Notes: generated by a model not told the origin, from the letters alone. Shown: positions 1-9,970, counted from the stretch's first letter. The stretch: 28,793 nt of DNA from an uncultured archaeon (GCA_964447495.1 CAYUTF010000036.1:1-28793); one strand, 5' to 3'. Numbers and translations: made by a program.

Positions 1-377
1 AAGAAAAAGATTATATCCTTATCGAAGATATGTATAACTCCGTTGATTGGAAAGAGAATTACGTCATTTACTTAAATGCTGAGCCTACTACTATTTTAAG
101 AAGGATTCATCAAAGAGGGGCTTTAGATCACAGAAGAAAAGAGTGGAATGAATATGAAAGAGAATATATGCAAACAATTCTTTCTTATTATAATCAGTTA
201 TTACTATCTAAAAATCAAGAAGAACGAGTTTTCATAATAAACACTGAAGGTTTAAATGAAGAACAGGTTTTGGAAAAAATCATGGAGTTGATTACAGAAT
301 TATCCAGTTACTCGTTTAAAAAGATTCTTGAATCTCCCTCTACTCAAATGAATTTAATTAAATTTTTAAAAAAGTAG
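1..377 (+). CDS. C-terminal part of a P-loop deoxynucleoside/thymidylate kinase-like protein (5'-truncated by window edge)
   Basis: Frame is open from base 3 (EKDYILIEDM...), so the true start is probably upstream. VIYLNAEPTTILRRIHQRG resembles the LID region and VFIINTEGLNEEQVLEKI the last strand/helix of dNK/TMK-family kinases. The P-loop is not visible in the window. Confidence 0.65.
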   Translation, partial: EKDYILIEDMYNSVDWKENYVIYLNAEPTTILRRIHQRGALDHRRKEWNEYEREYMQTILSYYNQLLLSKNQEERVFIINTEGLNEEQVLEKIMELITELSSYSFKKILESPSTQMNLIKFLKK

Positions 378-469
378 ACAGAAAAAAATATATTAGTATA
401 AATTCTATGATTATATTTAAGATAGAGTAAATATTAAAAATGTTAAATTTAGTATTTTATTGATGAAAA

Positions 470-1465
470 ATGTCCTCGCTCCCTCAAGATATCCGTGATA
501 ATATGCTTCATATTTTAAAGAATGAAGAAGAAAATACAGATTTAGAAAATCTTGCTGTTTTATCTAGGGTTGGCATGAAAGTAGCCTCTTCTACTTCATC
601 CGAATTAGATGCAGATGCTACTTCAGCTTCAAGTACTGCATTAATCGATTTAGGATTAAGGTTAAGTGAGGCAACAGCTCACGGTGCATTAACAGAAATA
701 ATTCTTCACAACTCATCGGGATATAGCATACTCCTGGCAATCAATGATGAGTATATTGTTTTTGGAGGTTTAAAGAATGTCTATAGAATAGGGTACTATT
801 TAGGGTATCTTCGTGAATTAACTAAGAAATTAAATAAATTAATCTCTGGAGATGAGGTAACTGAGATGACATTATCATTAGAAGATTCAGAGAAAGCAAA
901 ATTGAACTTACCTATCGATATTGGTGAAGAGAAACCAATTGTAGTTCCTACCGCAGAACAAGATAAAGAAGCATTAGATGGTTTACTCGGATTTCTTGAT
1001 GATTGGGAAAAGGAAGGTGAAGATAGTGAAGAAATTGGAACTATTCCTCAAAATAATATCGTATCCATACCAAAAACATTAGGACTTCAATATGAAAAAG
1101 AATTGGAACATCCTACTCTGAAAACTATGGATTCCAAAATTGTGGATGAGCAATTTAAGGTTTATGATGATGAAATCCCGCCTATTCCCTTAGATGATTA
1201 TACTCCCATGGAAATTGAGGAAGATAATTCTATTCAAGAACCACAAATTGTTCAAGAACCCCCTGTAATCCAAGATATAACACACACAGCAGAACCACAA
1301 TCTCCCCAACTACTACCCTCTCTTGAGGAACTAAAACCCCCTGATTTCGAAACTCAATTTACCGATACGGCAACTGAATATGAAACGGAATTTGTCTTAG
1401 ATAAAGAATCTAAAACCTTTGAGTCTGTCCTTAAAGACTTAGGATGGGATGAAGAAGAGGACTAG
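470..1465 (+). CDS. Roadblock/LC7-domain protein with long acidic, probably disordered C-terminal tail
   Basis: N-terminal ~125 aa fit the Roadblock pattern (LAVLSRVGMKVASS..., SASSTALIDLGLRLSE, HGALTEIILHNSSGYSILLAINDEYIV, RIGYYLGYLRELTKKL). The remainder is E/D/P/Q-rich. Confidence 0.75.
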   Translation: MSSLPQDIRDNMLHILKNEEENTDLENLAVLSRVGMKVASSTSSELDADATSASSTALIDLGLRLSEATAHGALTEIILHNSSGYSILLAINDEYIVFGGLKNVYRIGYYLGYLRELTKKLNKLISGDEVTEMTLSLEDSEKAKLNLPIDIGEEKPIVVPTAEQDKEALDGLLGFLDDWEKEGEDSEEIGTIPQNNIVSIPKTLGLQYEKELEHPTLKTMDSKIVDEQFKVYDDEIPPIPLDDYTPMEIEEDNSIQEPQIVQEPPVIQDITHTAEPQSPQLLPSLEELKPPDFETQFTDTATEYETEFVLDKESKTFESVLKDLGWDEEED

Positions 1466-1604
1466 TTTTTATTTCAATTTTTTATTGTTTAATTATTATT
1501 AAAATTAGATTCAGAAAATAAAATCCTTAAATAATAAAGAATCCAAAATATAATTATTAACTTTATCCAATAATAATTAAATTTTGAGAAAGAAGGTTAA
1601 ATTA

Positions 1605-2975
1605 ATGAACGAATCAAAAGAATTAATTCGTACGGACACTTCTACTGGAAAGAAATTAACTTTTGCTGCTCCAAGAATTGGGACATCTATTGTGCTTGGT
1701 ATTGAGAGTTGGGCATTATTGACACTCTATACATCTGGGTTTGGTATGCCCCCTCTATTAGTTGGCTTCGCGCTGGCAATGGGATATCTTACTATTGCAC
1801 TTGCTCAATTCTTATTTGGATGGTTCAGTGACATGAAATATACAAAATTGGGAAGACGAAAACCTTATATGATAATTTTTGCTCCTTTGTTAGGATTATC
1901 CATAATTTTCTTATTGTTACCCGACTTTTTTTTACCCAATCTGAATGATACATTTACTTTATTCCTTTGGCTTTTAATTTGGGATATAGTTTTTAGAGCA
2001 AGTTATGCCTGTACAACACCTTATCAAGCATGGATGGCTGAATTGTTTAAAATTGAAGATCGACCAAAGACATCACAATATCAGAATACGTTTAATTTCG
2101 TCGGAAATGGGATAATGGCTTTGTTTACCTTACTTATCTTAACTAAATATGTAGGTTCATTAAAAGCAGCACGTGAAGCTTTCTTACCCTATCCCACATC
2201 TCCTTTAACCTATTACTTACCGATAATAATCTTTGGACTTCTCGTATTTGCTCTATTTTACCTACTCATCTTTTTAATGCCAACTGAACCTAACTATAAA
2301 TTTGAATCCAAACTATGGGAAAGTTTGAAAGTAACTGTACGAAACAAAAATTTCATGAAAATTGTGTTCATGGTAGGAATATCTGGATTTGGATGGACTA
2401 TGGTTTCAACGGGAATGCTAAAATACGCAGAAGATGCATTACATTTAGAAGATACTGATTATATCATCGTCGCTGTAAGCTTGCTTCTAAGCGTTTTTGT
2501 CTTTTTATATATATGGAGAAAATTGATAGAAAAAAAGGGAAAGAAACCTATTCTCGGTTATGTATTTTTATTAGGTGTAGTTTTTCTACCAATCACACTA
2601 CTCGGGCTGGTTCCAATGGGTAGCTTCTTGATTCTTGGAATAATTTTCATTTTAGGCATTGGAGCCATATTAGGAGGATGGTTTTTATTTCCATATATCA
2701 TTTATGCTGATGTTGCTGAGGATGATGAGAAATCGACCAGCAATTTAAAAGCCGGAACTTATGCAGGCTTTCCTTCTATAATTCTTAATATTTTTCAAGC
2801 AGCTGCGGTATTTTTAAATGGTTTACTCTTTGAATTACCTTTGATTTCTAATGGAACTGGAGATTCTTTTACACTAGGATTAATAATATTTGGACCGATT
2901 GCTTCTGTAATACTATTAGTTTCCTATTTCTTTACAAAAAAGTATGTAAATCTCGATTTCAAATGGGAAAGATAA
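1605..2975 (+). CDS. MFS transporter, GPH/MelB-like (glycoside-pentoside-hexuronide) family
   Basis: About 12 hydrophobic segments; motifs GWFSDMKYTKLGRRKPY, PYQAWMAEL..EDR and YADVAEDDE...AGTYAG are typical of GPH symporters. ATG at 1605 preferred to TTG at 1584. Confidence 0.85.
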   Translation: MNESKELIRTDTSTGKKLTFAAPRIGTSIVLGIESWALLTLYTSGFGMPPLLVGFALAMGYLTIALAQFLFGWFSDMKYTKLGRRKPYMIIFAPLLGLSIIFLLLPDFFLPNLNDTFTLFLWLLIWDIVFRASYACTTPYQAWMAELFKIEDRPKTSQYQNTFNFVGNGIMALFTLLILTKYVGSLKAAREAFLPYPTSPLTYYLPIIIFGLLVFALFYLLIFLMPTEPNYKFESKLWESLKVTVRNKNFMKIVFMVGISGFGWTMVSTGMLKYAEDALHLEDTDYIIVAVSLLLSVFVFLYIWRKLIEKKGKKPILGYVFLLGVVFLPITLLGLVPMGSFLILGIIFILGIGAILGGWFLFPYIIYADVAEDDEKSTSNLKAGTYAGFPSIILNIFQAAAVFLNGLLFELPLISNGTGDSFTLGLIIFGPIASVILLVSYFFTKKYVNLDFKWER

Positions 2976-3052
2976 AATTCTAAATTTTTTTTTTCATTTT
3001 AATTTTTTATGGAATAACGCATAAAATGCAGATAAAATCTCATTTTGAAGGT

Positions 3053-3286
3053 TTAATAACGTCTATCTTTAGCAAATAATTTAACATTAATCGCTTCTGG
3101 ACCTTTTCCATCTTCAGGCTCTTTTAATTCAAATTCAACTTGATCTCCTATATCTAATTTCTTAAACCCTTCCATTAAGATATTTGAAAAATGTACAAAA
3201 ACATCCTCCTCACTATCGGTAGCAATAAATCCAAAACCCTTTTTATAATCAAACCACTTTACGAACCCAGTTTTCTTTTCACTCAT
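3053..3286 (-). CDS. csp: Cold-shock domain protein (CspA family)
   Basis: GFVKWFDYKKGFGFI (RNP1), DVFVHFS (RNP2), GFKKL..GDQVEF, GKGPEAINV. Confidence 0.95.
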   Translation of the reverse strand: MSEKKTGFVKWFDYKKGFGFIATDSEEDVFVHFSNILMEGFKKLDIGDQVEFELKEPEDGKGPEAINVKLFAKDRRY

Positions 3287-3428
3287 ATCTAATCTACTAA
3301 TTAAGTTATTAATATCAAAAATAAAATTAGATAGAAAAATAAAAATTTGTTTTAAAATTTTTTTAATCCTCTCCTCCCACTTTGAGATTAATCATTAAAA
3401 ACTAATATGATCTCTTATTATTGTTATT

Positions 3429-4784
3429 GTGTCTATATTCGAGAAAGTTTTAGATATTTATCGAAAATATCACATATGCATTCATTGTTTAGGTAGGATG
3501 TTTTCTTTACTCGGAACATTTACTACAAATTATGATCGAGGAAATTCTTTACTTTTAACCCTCACAATGGAACAACACAGTCTTATATTATCATCAGGAA
3601 AAAACCAAGAAGAATCTGTCAAAAATTTAAAATTACTTGCTGAAAACGCCTATTTCATGCCTGCTTATAAGGTTTTGGAAAATGAAGGCCTAAATGGCCC
3701 CACAAAGCACAAGTCAGAAAAATGTTATTTATGCAATGATATTTTTTCTAATCTGGAACCCTATGCCCTTGATGCAATAAATAAATTAAAAAATATAGAA
3801 TTTGAAAATTTTTTAATTGGAACGGCGATTGATTCGCAATTAATTAACACTGAAGATAATTTTAAATCAGAATTCAATTTACTTGAATCAGAATCTATTA
3901 AAAATCATTTTAATCGAGAAGTAGGGAAATTAGTATCAAGCTATTTAAATAAACCTTCTGAATTTGCGAATCCTGATATAACAATTGTTTTTAATTTGAC
4001 CCCAAAATCATATTCTATCGATCTTATAATAAGAGCTATATTCATCTCCGGAAGATATAATAAATATTTGCGAAATATACCTCAAACTCACTGGAATTGC
4101 CGGAGTTGCATGGGAAAGGGATGTAAACTTTGTAATTTTACTGGGAAGCAATATATTACTAGTGTAGAAGAGTTAATTTCTCCACTTTTTGTATCTGAAT
4201 CATTAGCTTCGGATTCAAAGTTTCATGGTGGGGGTAGGGAAGATATTGATGTGAGAATGCTAGGGGAGGGACGCCCTTTTATATTAGAGTTAAGAAATCC
4301 AAAAAGAAGGACTTTGAATCTTACTCTTATTCAAAAAAAAGTAAATAAAAGAAATAAAAAAAAAGTGAAAATTTCTAATTTAACATATAGTTCGAAAACT
4401 CAAGTTAAATCACTGAAGAAAAGCGCAGAGAGCACTAAAAAGATCTATAAAGCCTTAGTCTCTTCAGAACAAAAAATTTCCAAAGAAATCTTTGCCCAAA
4501 ACCTGGATGAGCTAAATAACACATTTATAAATAAGAAAATAAAGCAGAGAACTCCAAATCGTGTGTCTCATCGCCGAGCTGATAAGGTTCGGGAAAAAGT
4601 TATCTACAATATTAACGGAAAATATCTGAAATCAACATTGTTTGAATTTATAATTGAGACGCAAGGTGGTGTTTATATTAAGGAACTTATTAGTGGAGAT
4701 GATGGACGAACAAAGCCATCCTTTTCAGAAATTTTTAATACTTCACTTCTATGTAAGGAGTTAGATGTTTTAAAAATCTATTAA
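3429..4784 (+). CDS. pus10: tRNA pseudouridine(54/55) synthase Pus10
   Basis: N-terminal CIHCLGR Zn site, GRYNKYLRNIPQTHW, catalytic FHGGGREDIDVRMLGEGRPF, QRTPNRVSHRRAD, GGVYIKELISGDDGRTKPS; GTG start. Confidence 0.96.
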   Translation: MSIFEKVLDIYRKYHICIHCLGRMFSLLGTFTTNYDRGNSLLLTLTMEQHSLILSSGKNQEESVKNLKLLAENAYFMPAYKVLENEGLNGPTKHKSEKCYLCNDIFSNLEPYALDAINKLKNIEFENFLIGTAIDSQLINTEDNFKSEFNLLESESIKNHFNREVGKLVSSYLNKPSEFANPDITIVFNLTPKSYSIDLIIRAIFISGRYNKYLRNIPQTHWNCRSCMGKGCKLCNFTGKQYITSVEELISPLFVSESLASDSKFHGGGREDIDVRMLGEGRPFILELRNPKRRTLNLTLIQKKVNKRNKKKVKISNLTYSSKTQVKSLKKSAESTKKIYKALVSSEQKISKEIFAQNLDELNNTFINKKIKQRTPNRVSHRRADKVREKVIYNINGKYLKSTLFEFIIETQGGVYIKELISGDDGRTKPSFSEIFNTSLLCKELDVLKIY

Positions 4785-4885
4785 TTGTCTTTTTAAGGTA
4801 ATAAAATCAAAAAATAAATAAATTATCCCGTATAAAATAACTTACTCTAATTAATTTTAAATTGAATTGTTGTTTAGTGGAAAAA

Positions 4886-5191
4886 ATGACACTTCATAAA
4901 GGCTATAGAAATAAGACCCGGAAACGTCATAGAAAGCGAGTGAGAGAAAAAGGACTCCTTTCAATAGATAAATATTTATTCGAATATGAGATTGGTCATA
5001 AAGTAGATATTATCACAGATCCATCACAGCAAAAGAGAGGAATGCCACATAGACGGTATCATGGACTAACAGGAACAATTATAGGAACAAGAGGTCGTTG
5101 CTATGAAGTTGAGGTTAAACTGGGTAATTCAAGAAAAAAGTTATTTATAGGGAAAGAACATCTGAGATTAAATAAAGGTTCAATAATTTAA
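4886..5191 (+). CDS. rpl21e: 50S ribosomal protein L21e
   Basis: KGYRNKTR, GMPHRRYHGLTG, EHLR motifs; conserved position after pus10. ATG at 4886 preferred to TTG at 4862. Confidence 0.95.
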   Translation: MTLHKGYRNKTRKRHRKRVREKGLLSIDKYLFEYEIGHKVDIITDPSQQKRGMPHRRYHGLTGTIIGTRGRCYEVEVKLGNSRKKLFIGKEHLRLNKGSII

Positions 5192-5219
5192 ACCCAAAAT
5201 TCAAAAAATTGCGATTTAT

Positions 5220-5585
5220 ATGTCTGGACGTAAAGTTAGTGAAAAATCCGTTTCGATTCCTGAAGTAAAACAAATAATGGAAAATGTGAAAAGGAAAATT
5301 GAAGAAATTGATAAAGAAGAAGGATTATCTCATTTTCAAGAAATAACATATAATTACGTTAATAAATTTGCTAAGATTGATGAAAAATCAGCACAAAAGA
5401 TTAAAAAATTCTTAATCGATAAATATGAAATAGAAGATGTGTATGCCATTAATATAGTAAACATAGATCCAAAGACAGTTCCGGAAATAAGAATGATCTT
5501 AGAGAAAAGCTTTATAGGAAAAACATTAAATGATGATCAATTACAGGATCTTCTATATCAAATTGAAGAGTTAAAATCAATTTAA
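5220..5585 (+). CDS. rpoF: RNA polymerase subunit F (Rpo4)
   Basis: VSIPEVK, LSHFQEITYNYVNKFAK, AINIVNIDPKTVPEIRMIL; syntenic between rpl21e and DUF655. Confidence 0.88.
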   Translation: MSGRKVSEKSVSIPEVKQIMENVKRKIEEIDKEEGLSHFQEITYNYVNKFAKIDEKSAQKIKKFLIDKYEIEDVYAINIVNIDPKTVPEIRMILEKSFIGKTLNDDQLQDLLYQIEELKSI

Positions 5586-5748
5586 TTTTAATCTGATCTA
5601 AAGATACTAAATTTTACTAATAACATCGAAGAATTTATAAATTCTTGTTGTTTTAAATTTTAATGAATAATCCTTAATAAAAAAGAGATTTTAAAAATTA
5701 AATTTATTATGGATATCACGAAAATAATTACGAAGAAAATTGGTGTTT

Positions 5749-6399
5749 ATGGAAAGACATCGGGATCGATACAGAAGACCTCCGTACAAATCGGATTATC
5801 AAAGGAGAGGTCCGAAAAAAAAGAAACAGTTTATCAAAAAGTTTCGAGAAGTAATAATTTTAGATTTATTACTCCGTGGTCATCCTGAAGAAGATAAACC
5901 TAGCTGGTCGAAGACTCCAATTGCCCAAGTAATTACCTTACCCGACTTTGTTCTCTATGAAGTAAAAATAAATAAAGATTCTAATATTCAAGTTCAAGAA
6001 AAAAATACATATGAAGAATTCGTTAATCAAAATAAATTAAGAGAAGTACTTAAAAAAATAGATTATGATGATTTAACCAACACTTCTAAAGCCCTTATAC
6101 AGTCAATTCTTGAAAAAGAAGTGCTAAATTATGAGGAAGAATTTATAAAATTTTTTAATAATTCTACCTCAATTACTCCACGAATGCACGCATTAAAACT
6201 TCTTCCTGGAATAGGTCAAAAACATATGTGGGATATTCTTAATGCCAGAGAGAGACAAAAATTTATCACTTTCCAAGATATTGCTGATCGAACGAGTTTA
6301 TCTAATCCTGCAAAACTTATTGCTCAAAGAATAGTTAAAGAATTACAACGAGAAGGAGTGAAATATTACTTATTCTCTAAGACTCAGAAGTATGAATAA
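5749..6399 (+). CDS. DUF655 family predicted nucleic-acid-binding protein (HhH-containing)
   Basis: ILDLLLRGHP, PIAQ, IDYDDLT, FFNNSTSITPRMHALKLLPGIGQKHMWDIL..R, KYYLF; canonical position between rpoF and ksgA. Confidence 0.9.
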   Translation: MERHRDRYRRPPYKSDYQRRGPKKKKQFIKKFREVIILDLLLRGHPEEDKPSWSKTPIAQVITLPDFVLYEVKINKDSNIQVQEKNTYEEFVNQNKLREVLKKIDYDDLTNTSKALIQSILEKEVLNYEEEFIKFFNNSTSITPRMHALKLLPGIGQKHMWDILNARERQKFITFQDIADRTSLSNPAKLIAQRIVKELQREGVKYYLFSKTQKYE

Positions 6400-6401
6400 A
6401 A

Positions 6402-7268
6402 ATGAACCGAAATGAAACGATTCATATTCTTAAGAAATTAAATATCACGCCTAAAAAAAATTTAGGTCAGAATTTTTTAATAGATGAGCACATTTTACAC
6501 AAAATTATCTCTGTTTCAGAGATCACTAAGAATGACATCATACTAGAAATCGGAGCAGGCTTAGGAATATTAACAACAGAACTAAGTATAAGAGCAAAAG
6601 AAGTTTATTCTTATGAAATTGATACAATCCTCTTTCAATACCTTCAAACTAAATTCTCTAACACTCCAAATGTTAAATTATTCAATGAAAATATTTTAAA
6701 CGCTACACTAGCTCCTCATAACAAGGTGGTATCAAACATTCCTTACTCAATAACGGGACCTATTTTGGAAAAAGTCTTTTTTACTGATCATCCCCCTTCT
6801 GGAATAATGATTATTGAAAAAAATCTCGCAGAAAGAATTTTTACAAAAAACACTTATAAAACTTTCTCGAGAATATCAGTAAATTTTAATGCATTTATGA
6901 AACCTTCTATAAAAGAATCAATTTCACCCCATTCATTTTACCCCGTCCCGAAGATTGAACTATCTATGATTAAAGCATTTCCAAAGGAGAAAATCGATTC
7001 ATTTTTGAAATTAAAAGAAGGAAGAAGCTTTTTTTTAAAATTCATTGCTGGTATTATGCCATATAAGAATAAAAATTTATCAAATGCAATTAATTCATAT
7101 TTACACACCATAAAATCGATAACAATATCAAAAAACGAATTAATCCATTACTTAAAGATAAATAATATTCAGGATCTCAAACTCTCTAATTATACTTATG
7201 ATGATTTTATCAAACTTAGTAAAAAAATATATGATTTACTTGAAAACAACGATAGAGGATGGGATTAA
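6402..7268 (+). CDS. ksgA: 16S rRNA adenine dimethyltransferase KsgA/RsmA/Dim1
   Basis: KNLGQNFL, ILEIGAGLGILT, YEID, VVSNIPYSIT, SFYPVPKI. Confidence 0.95.
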   Translation: MNRNETIHILKKLNITPKKNLGQNFLIDEHILHKIISVSEITKNDIILEIGAGLGILTTELSIRAKEVYSYEIDTILFQYLQTKFSNTPNVKLFNENILNATLAPHNKVVSNIPYSITGPILEKVFFTDHPPSGIMIIEKNLAERIFTKNTYKTFSRISVNFNAFMKPSIKESISPHSFYPVPKIELSMIKAFPKEKIDSFLKLKEGRSFFLKFIAGIMPYKNKNLSNAINSYLHTIKSITISKNELIHYLKINNIQDLKLSNYTYDDFIKLSKKIYDLLENNDRGWD

Positions 7269-7954
7269 AAATAAATAATACTGTAGATCCGATTATACAA
7301 TGCGAAAGTGACAAAGTGTATTCACCTTCGGATGACACATTTCTTTTAATTGATTATTTCAAAAAAAATGTTAATAATTTATATTTTGATGGAAAGGATT
7401 TAAAAAGCATAAGATATATATTGGATATGGGAACAGGAACGGGCATAATAGCTATTTTCATCAAACTTCTCGCTAACAAGTTTGTGAATTTTAATCCTGA
7501 AATTTATGCTTCTGATATTTTAGAAGAAGCAATTATTTGTGCAAAAAACAATGAAAAATTAAATTCTTCTGAAAATAGTATCCAATATATCCATTCAGAT
7601 TTATTCAAATCTTTTCCCGATAAATTGAAACAAAAATTTGATATAATTATATTCAATCCTCCGTATTTGCCCTCCTTAGAAATTGAAATTAAAGAAACAC
7701 CAAATAGTGTCGATTATAGCTGGGATGGTGGAAAAAGGGGTTGTGAGCTAATTATTGAATTTTTTAATCAAGTTCATAATTTTCTTAATACTAATCATTC
7801 ATACTTGCTTTATTATATTTCTTCCAGTAGGATGGATTTAAATCATATTATAAAAATATTAGAAACATCAGGATTTCAAAATACTATTTTAGTAAAGAAA
7901 CATATCTTTTTTGAAGACATTATGCTTAATAGAGTTATATTTAGGGAATTTTAG
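7259..7954 (+). CDS. HemK2/PrmC-like SAM-dependent protein methyltransferase
   Basis: VYSPSDDTFLL, LDMGTGTGII, SDLF, IIFNPPYLP, WDGGKRG, HIFFE; overlaps the ksgA end. Confidence 0.9.
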   Translation: MGLKINNTVDPIIQCESDKVYSPSDDTFLLIDYFKKNVNNLYFDGKDLKSIRYILDMGTGTGIIAIFIKLLANKFVNFNPEIYASDILEEAIICAKNNEKLNSSENSIQYIHSDLFKSFPDKLKQKFDIIIFNPPYLPSLEIEIKETPNSVDYSWDGGKRGCELIIEFFNQVHNFLNTNHSYLLYYISSSRMDLNHIIKILETSGFQNTILVKKHIFFEDIMLNRVIFREF

Positions 7955-9222
7955 AAAGGTCTTCTCGATCGACGCTTTTCTAATAAATTAATTCCGTAAG
8001 CATTGATTTTTCTAGAAAGAGTATTGAATAGGAGATTAATTTCTGATGGTTTAAATACTGCTCTTTTATGAGCTTCAATTTGAGGGATTGGAAGGCCGTA
8101 ATATTCATTAAAGCTTGATATAGGCAATAAAATAGATGATATTAAATCTGCCTTTTTTGCGGCATCCTTAAATGATTGGTTCTCATCCATAAAAAATTCA
8201 ATTCGGCAGGGAGTGTCATAGAAGGCAGTTTTAAGATAAAAGGCATAAAAATTCAATGGAAAATAATATGGTATTTCTTTCTTAATTCCTGTATCTCTTA
8301 TCTTATCAATATCTTTCTTGCAAGTAAATATGCAACTTCTTTCCGATTTGTGTAATATTCTCTGGAAAAGATCCATATCTGAAAAATATTCAATAACTCT
8401 AAGATAATTAATATCTATAAATTCTTTTAAATGATTATAACTTGGTTTAAGCATTAAAATCGAATTTCCAATAATATGAGTCAACGCGGAGGTTTTAGTA
8501 TCTTTTATTGACCCGATTAAAATTATTCCCTTTTCAATACAATTCTTATATAATTTTTTATATTCCCTCAATAATCGATCATATTTTTTTGCGATTTCAA
8601 TATCTTGGGTAAATAATAAATTAATAGGCATAATAACTATAGATCCATCAATAATTATCAAATCTATATTTTGTTTGTTCTCAATTAATCTATTTAATAA
8701 ATTTATTTCCATGAAAGTCATATCCATCGAAATTTTTGCTTCCACTGCATTCTCTTCTCTGTTAAAATAATTACCTTGCACAAGATAATTATTAAAGCCA
8801 CTTAAATCTGGAAAAAAATCAATCTTAGAAGAATGATTTTTATAAAAATAATATTTCACTGCGATGGCTTTTAAAAATGAAAAGTCGACATTCATAAACT
8901 TTTTGATTACCGAGCTTCCATCAACGCATACAACATTTAATCCACGAATGTTGGATTTTTGTATCTTTTTTTTTATTAGATTTTCTTTAATATCATAATT
9001 TGGATATTTGATAAACTCAGTAAAATCCAACTTATCAAAATTATCTGTAATACAAGTTACAAACTTCTTTTTTAAAACTTCAATTTCTTGAAATTCTTCT
9101 GCGATATTATTAATATCCTTTAGCAAAATTTGCTCTTTAGTTAAGCCAATCTCATTTGATAAAACATCTTTAATTGATCCTAAATTATCGAAATTGATAT
9201 TTTTCTCTTGAGTTGTCATCAA
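7951..9222 (-). CDS. nurA: NurA family 5'-3' nuclease (RNase H-like fold)
   Basis: Two DGS motifs (VCVDGSS, IIIDGSI), conserved E in MTFMEI, IGSIKD, PCRIEF, and YGLPIPQIEAHKRAV near the C-terminus. Confidence 0.85.
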   Translation of the reverse strand: MMTTQEKNINFDNLGSIKDVLSNEIGLTKEQILLKDINNIAEEFQEIEVLKKKFVTCITDNFDKLDFTEFIKYPNYDIKENLIKKKIQKSNIRGLNVVCVDGSSVIKKFMNVDFSFLKAIAVKYYFYKNHSSKIDFFPDLSGFNNYLVQGNYFNREENAVEAKISMDMTFMEINLLNRLIENKQNIDLIIIDGSIVIMPINLLFTQDIEIAKKYDRLLREYKKLYKNCIEKGIILIGSIKDTKTSALTHIIGNSILMLKPSYNHLKEFIDINYLRVIEYFSDMDLFQRILHKSERSCIFTCKKDIDKIRDTGIKKEIPYYFPLNFYAFYLKTAFYDTPCRIEFFMDENQSFKDAAKKADLISSILLPISSFNEYYGLPIPQIEAHKRAVFKPSEINLLFNTLSRKINAYGINLLEKRRSRRPF

Positions 9223-9319
9223 GAATATTGGATTAATGTTTGAATATTAAAATTAATGAGATATGAGATTTTATGATTTCTAAGATATATTTAAAACCAT
9301 AATAAAATTATTTTCATTC

Positions 9320-9970
9320 ATGATTCAACTTGGAGAGAATCCATGGGTATTAATTTCTTTATCCACCCTTGAAATATTATTTATTATAATACCTATTTTA
9401 ATATCTTCGAGAATAGCAAAAACAAGTATCAAACAAGAATTAAATCAAATAGGAATTAAAGTTAATTTCTCAAACTTTACTATTAAATTAATGAAAGTAG
9501 TAATAGGAGTAGATATCGGCATTGGATTAGTGATGATAAGTGATTTTATTCTGATCTTTTTCCAAGATATAATTTTAGCTAATCTGTTTAATTCAGAATT
9601 TATAATTGAGGGGATAGAGAATGCAATAAGCATCCAGATTATAAATCCTTCCCTAATACAATTTTTGGTTTTTGTTGTAATTCAATTTCTAATTATTGGA
9701 CCTTGTGAAGAAAGCTTTTTTCGTGGATTTATAATCACCAAATTAAAGAACAAAATTCATATTTCCATTATAATCGTAATTTCTTCAATTGCCTTTGCTA
9801 TTTATCATGTTCCTCCTTTTCTTGTTCCATTTTCAACAATTTTATCATATTTCGGGTATTATTTTACAATAGGTTTTATATTAGCTCTGGTTTTTATTTT
9901 GTCAGATTTTTCTTTAATACCTGTCTCATTGGCTCATTCTGTATTTAATTTCTTAATTCTAATACTATGA
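9320..9970 (+). CDS. CPBP (Rce1/Abi, CAAX protease-like) intramembrane glutamic endopeptidase
   Basis: GPCEESFFRGF (EExxxR), FAIYH (FxxxH), SLAHSVFN (HxxxN); multiple TM helices. Confidence 0.92.
   Translation: MIQLGENPWVLISLSTLEILFIIIPILISSRIAKTSIKQELNQIGIKVNFSNFTIKLMKVVIGVDIGIGLVMISDFILIFFQDIILANLFNSEFIIEGIENAISIQIINPSLIQFLVFVVIQFLIIGPCEESFFRGFIITKLKNKIHISIIIVISSIAFAIYHVPPFLVPFSTILSYFGYYFTIGFILALVFILSDFSLIPVSLAHSVFNFLILIL

Noticed and set aside
3053-3286. Bacterial-type cold-shock protein as a novelty
   Set aside because: Csp genes are known from several non-thermophilic archaeal groups.
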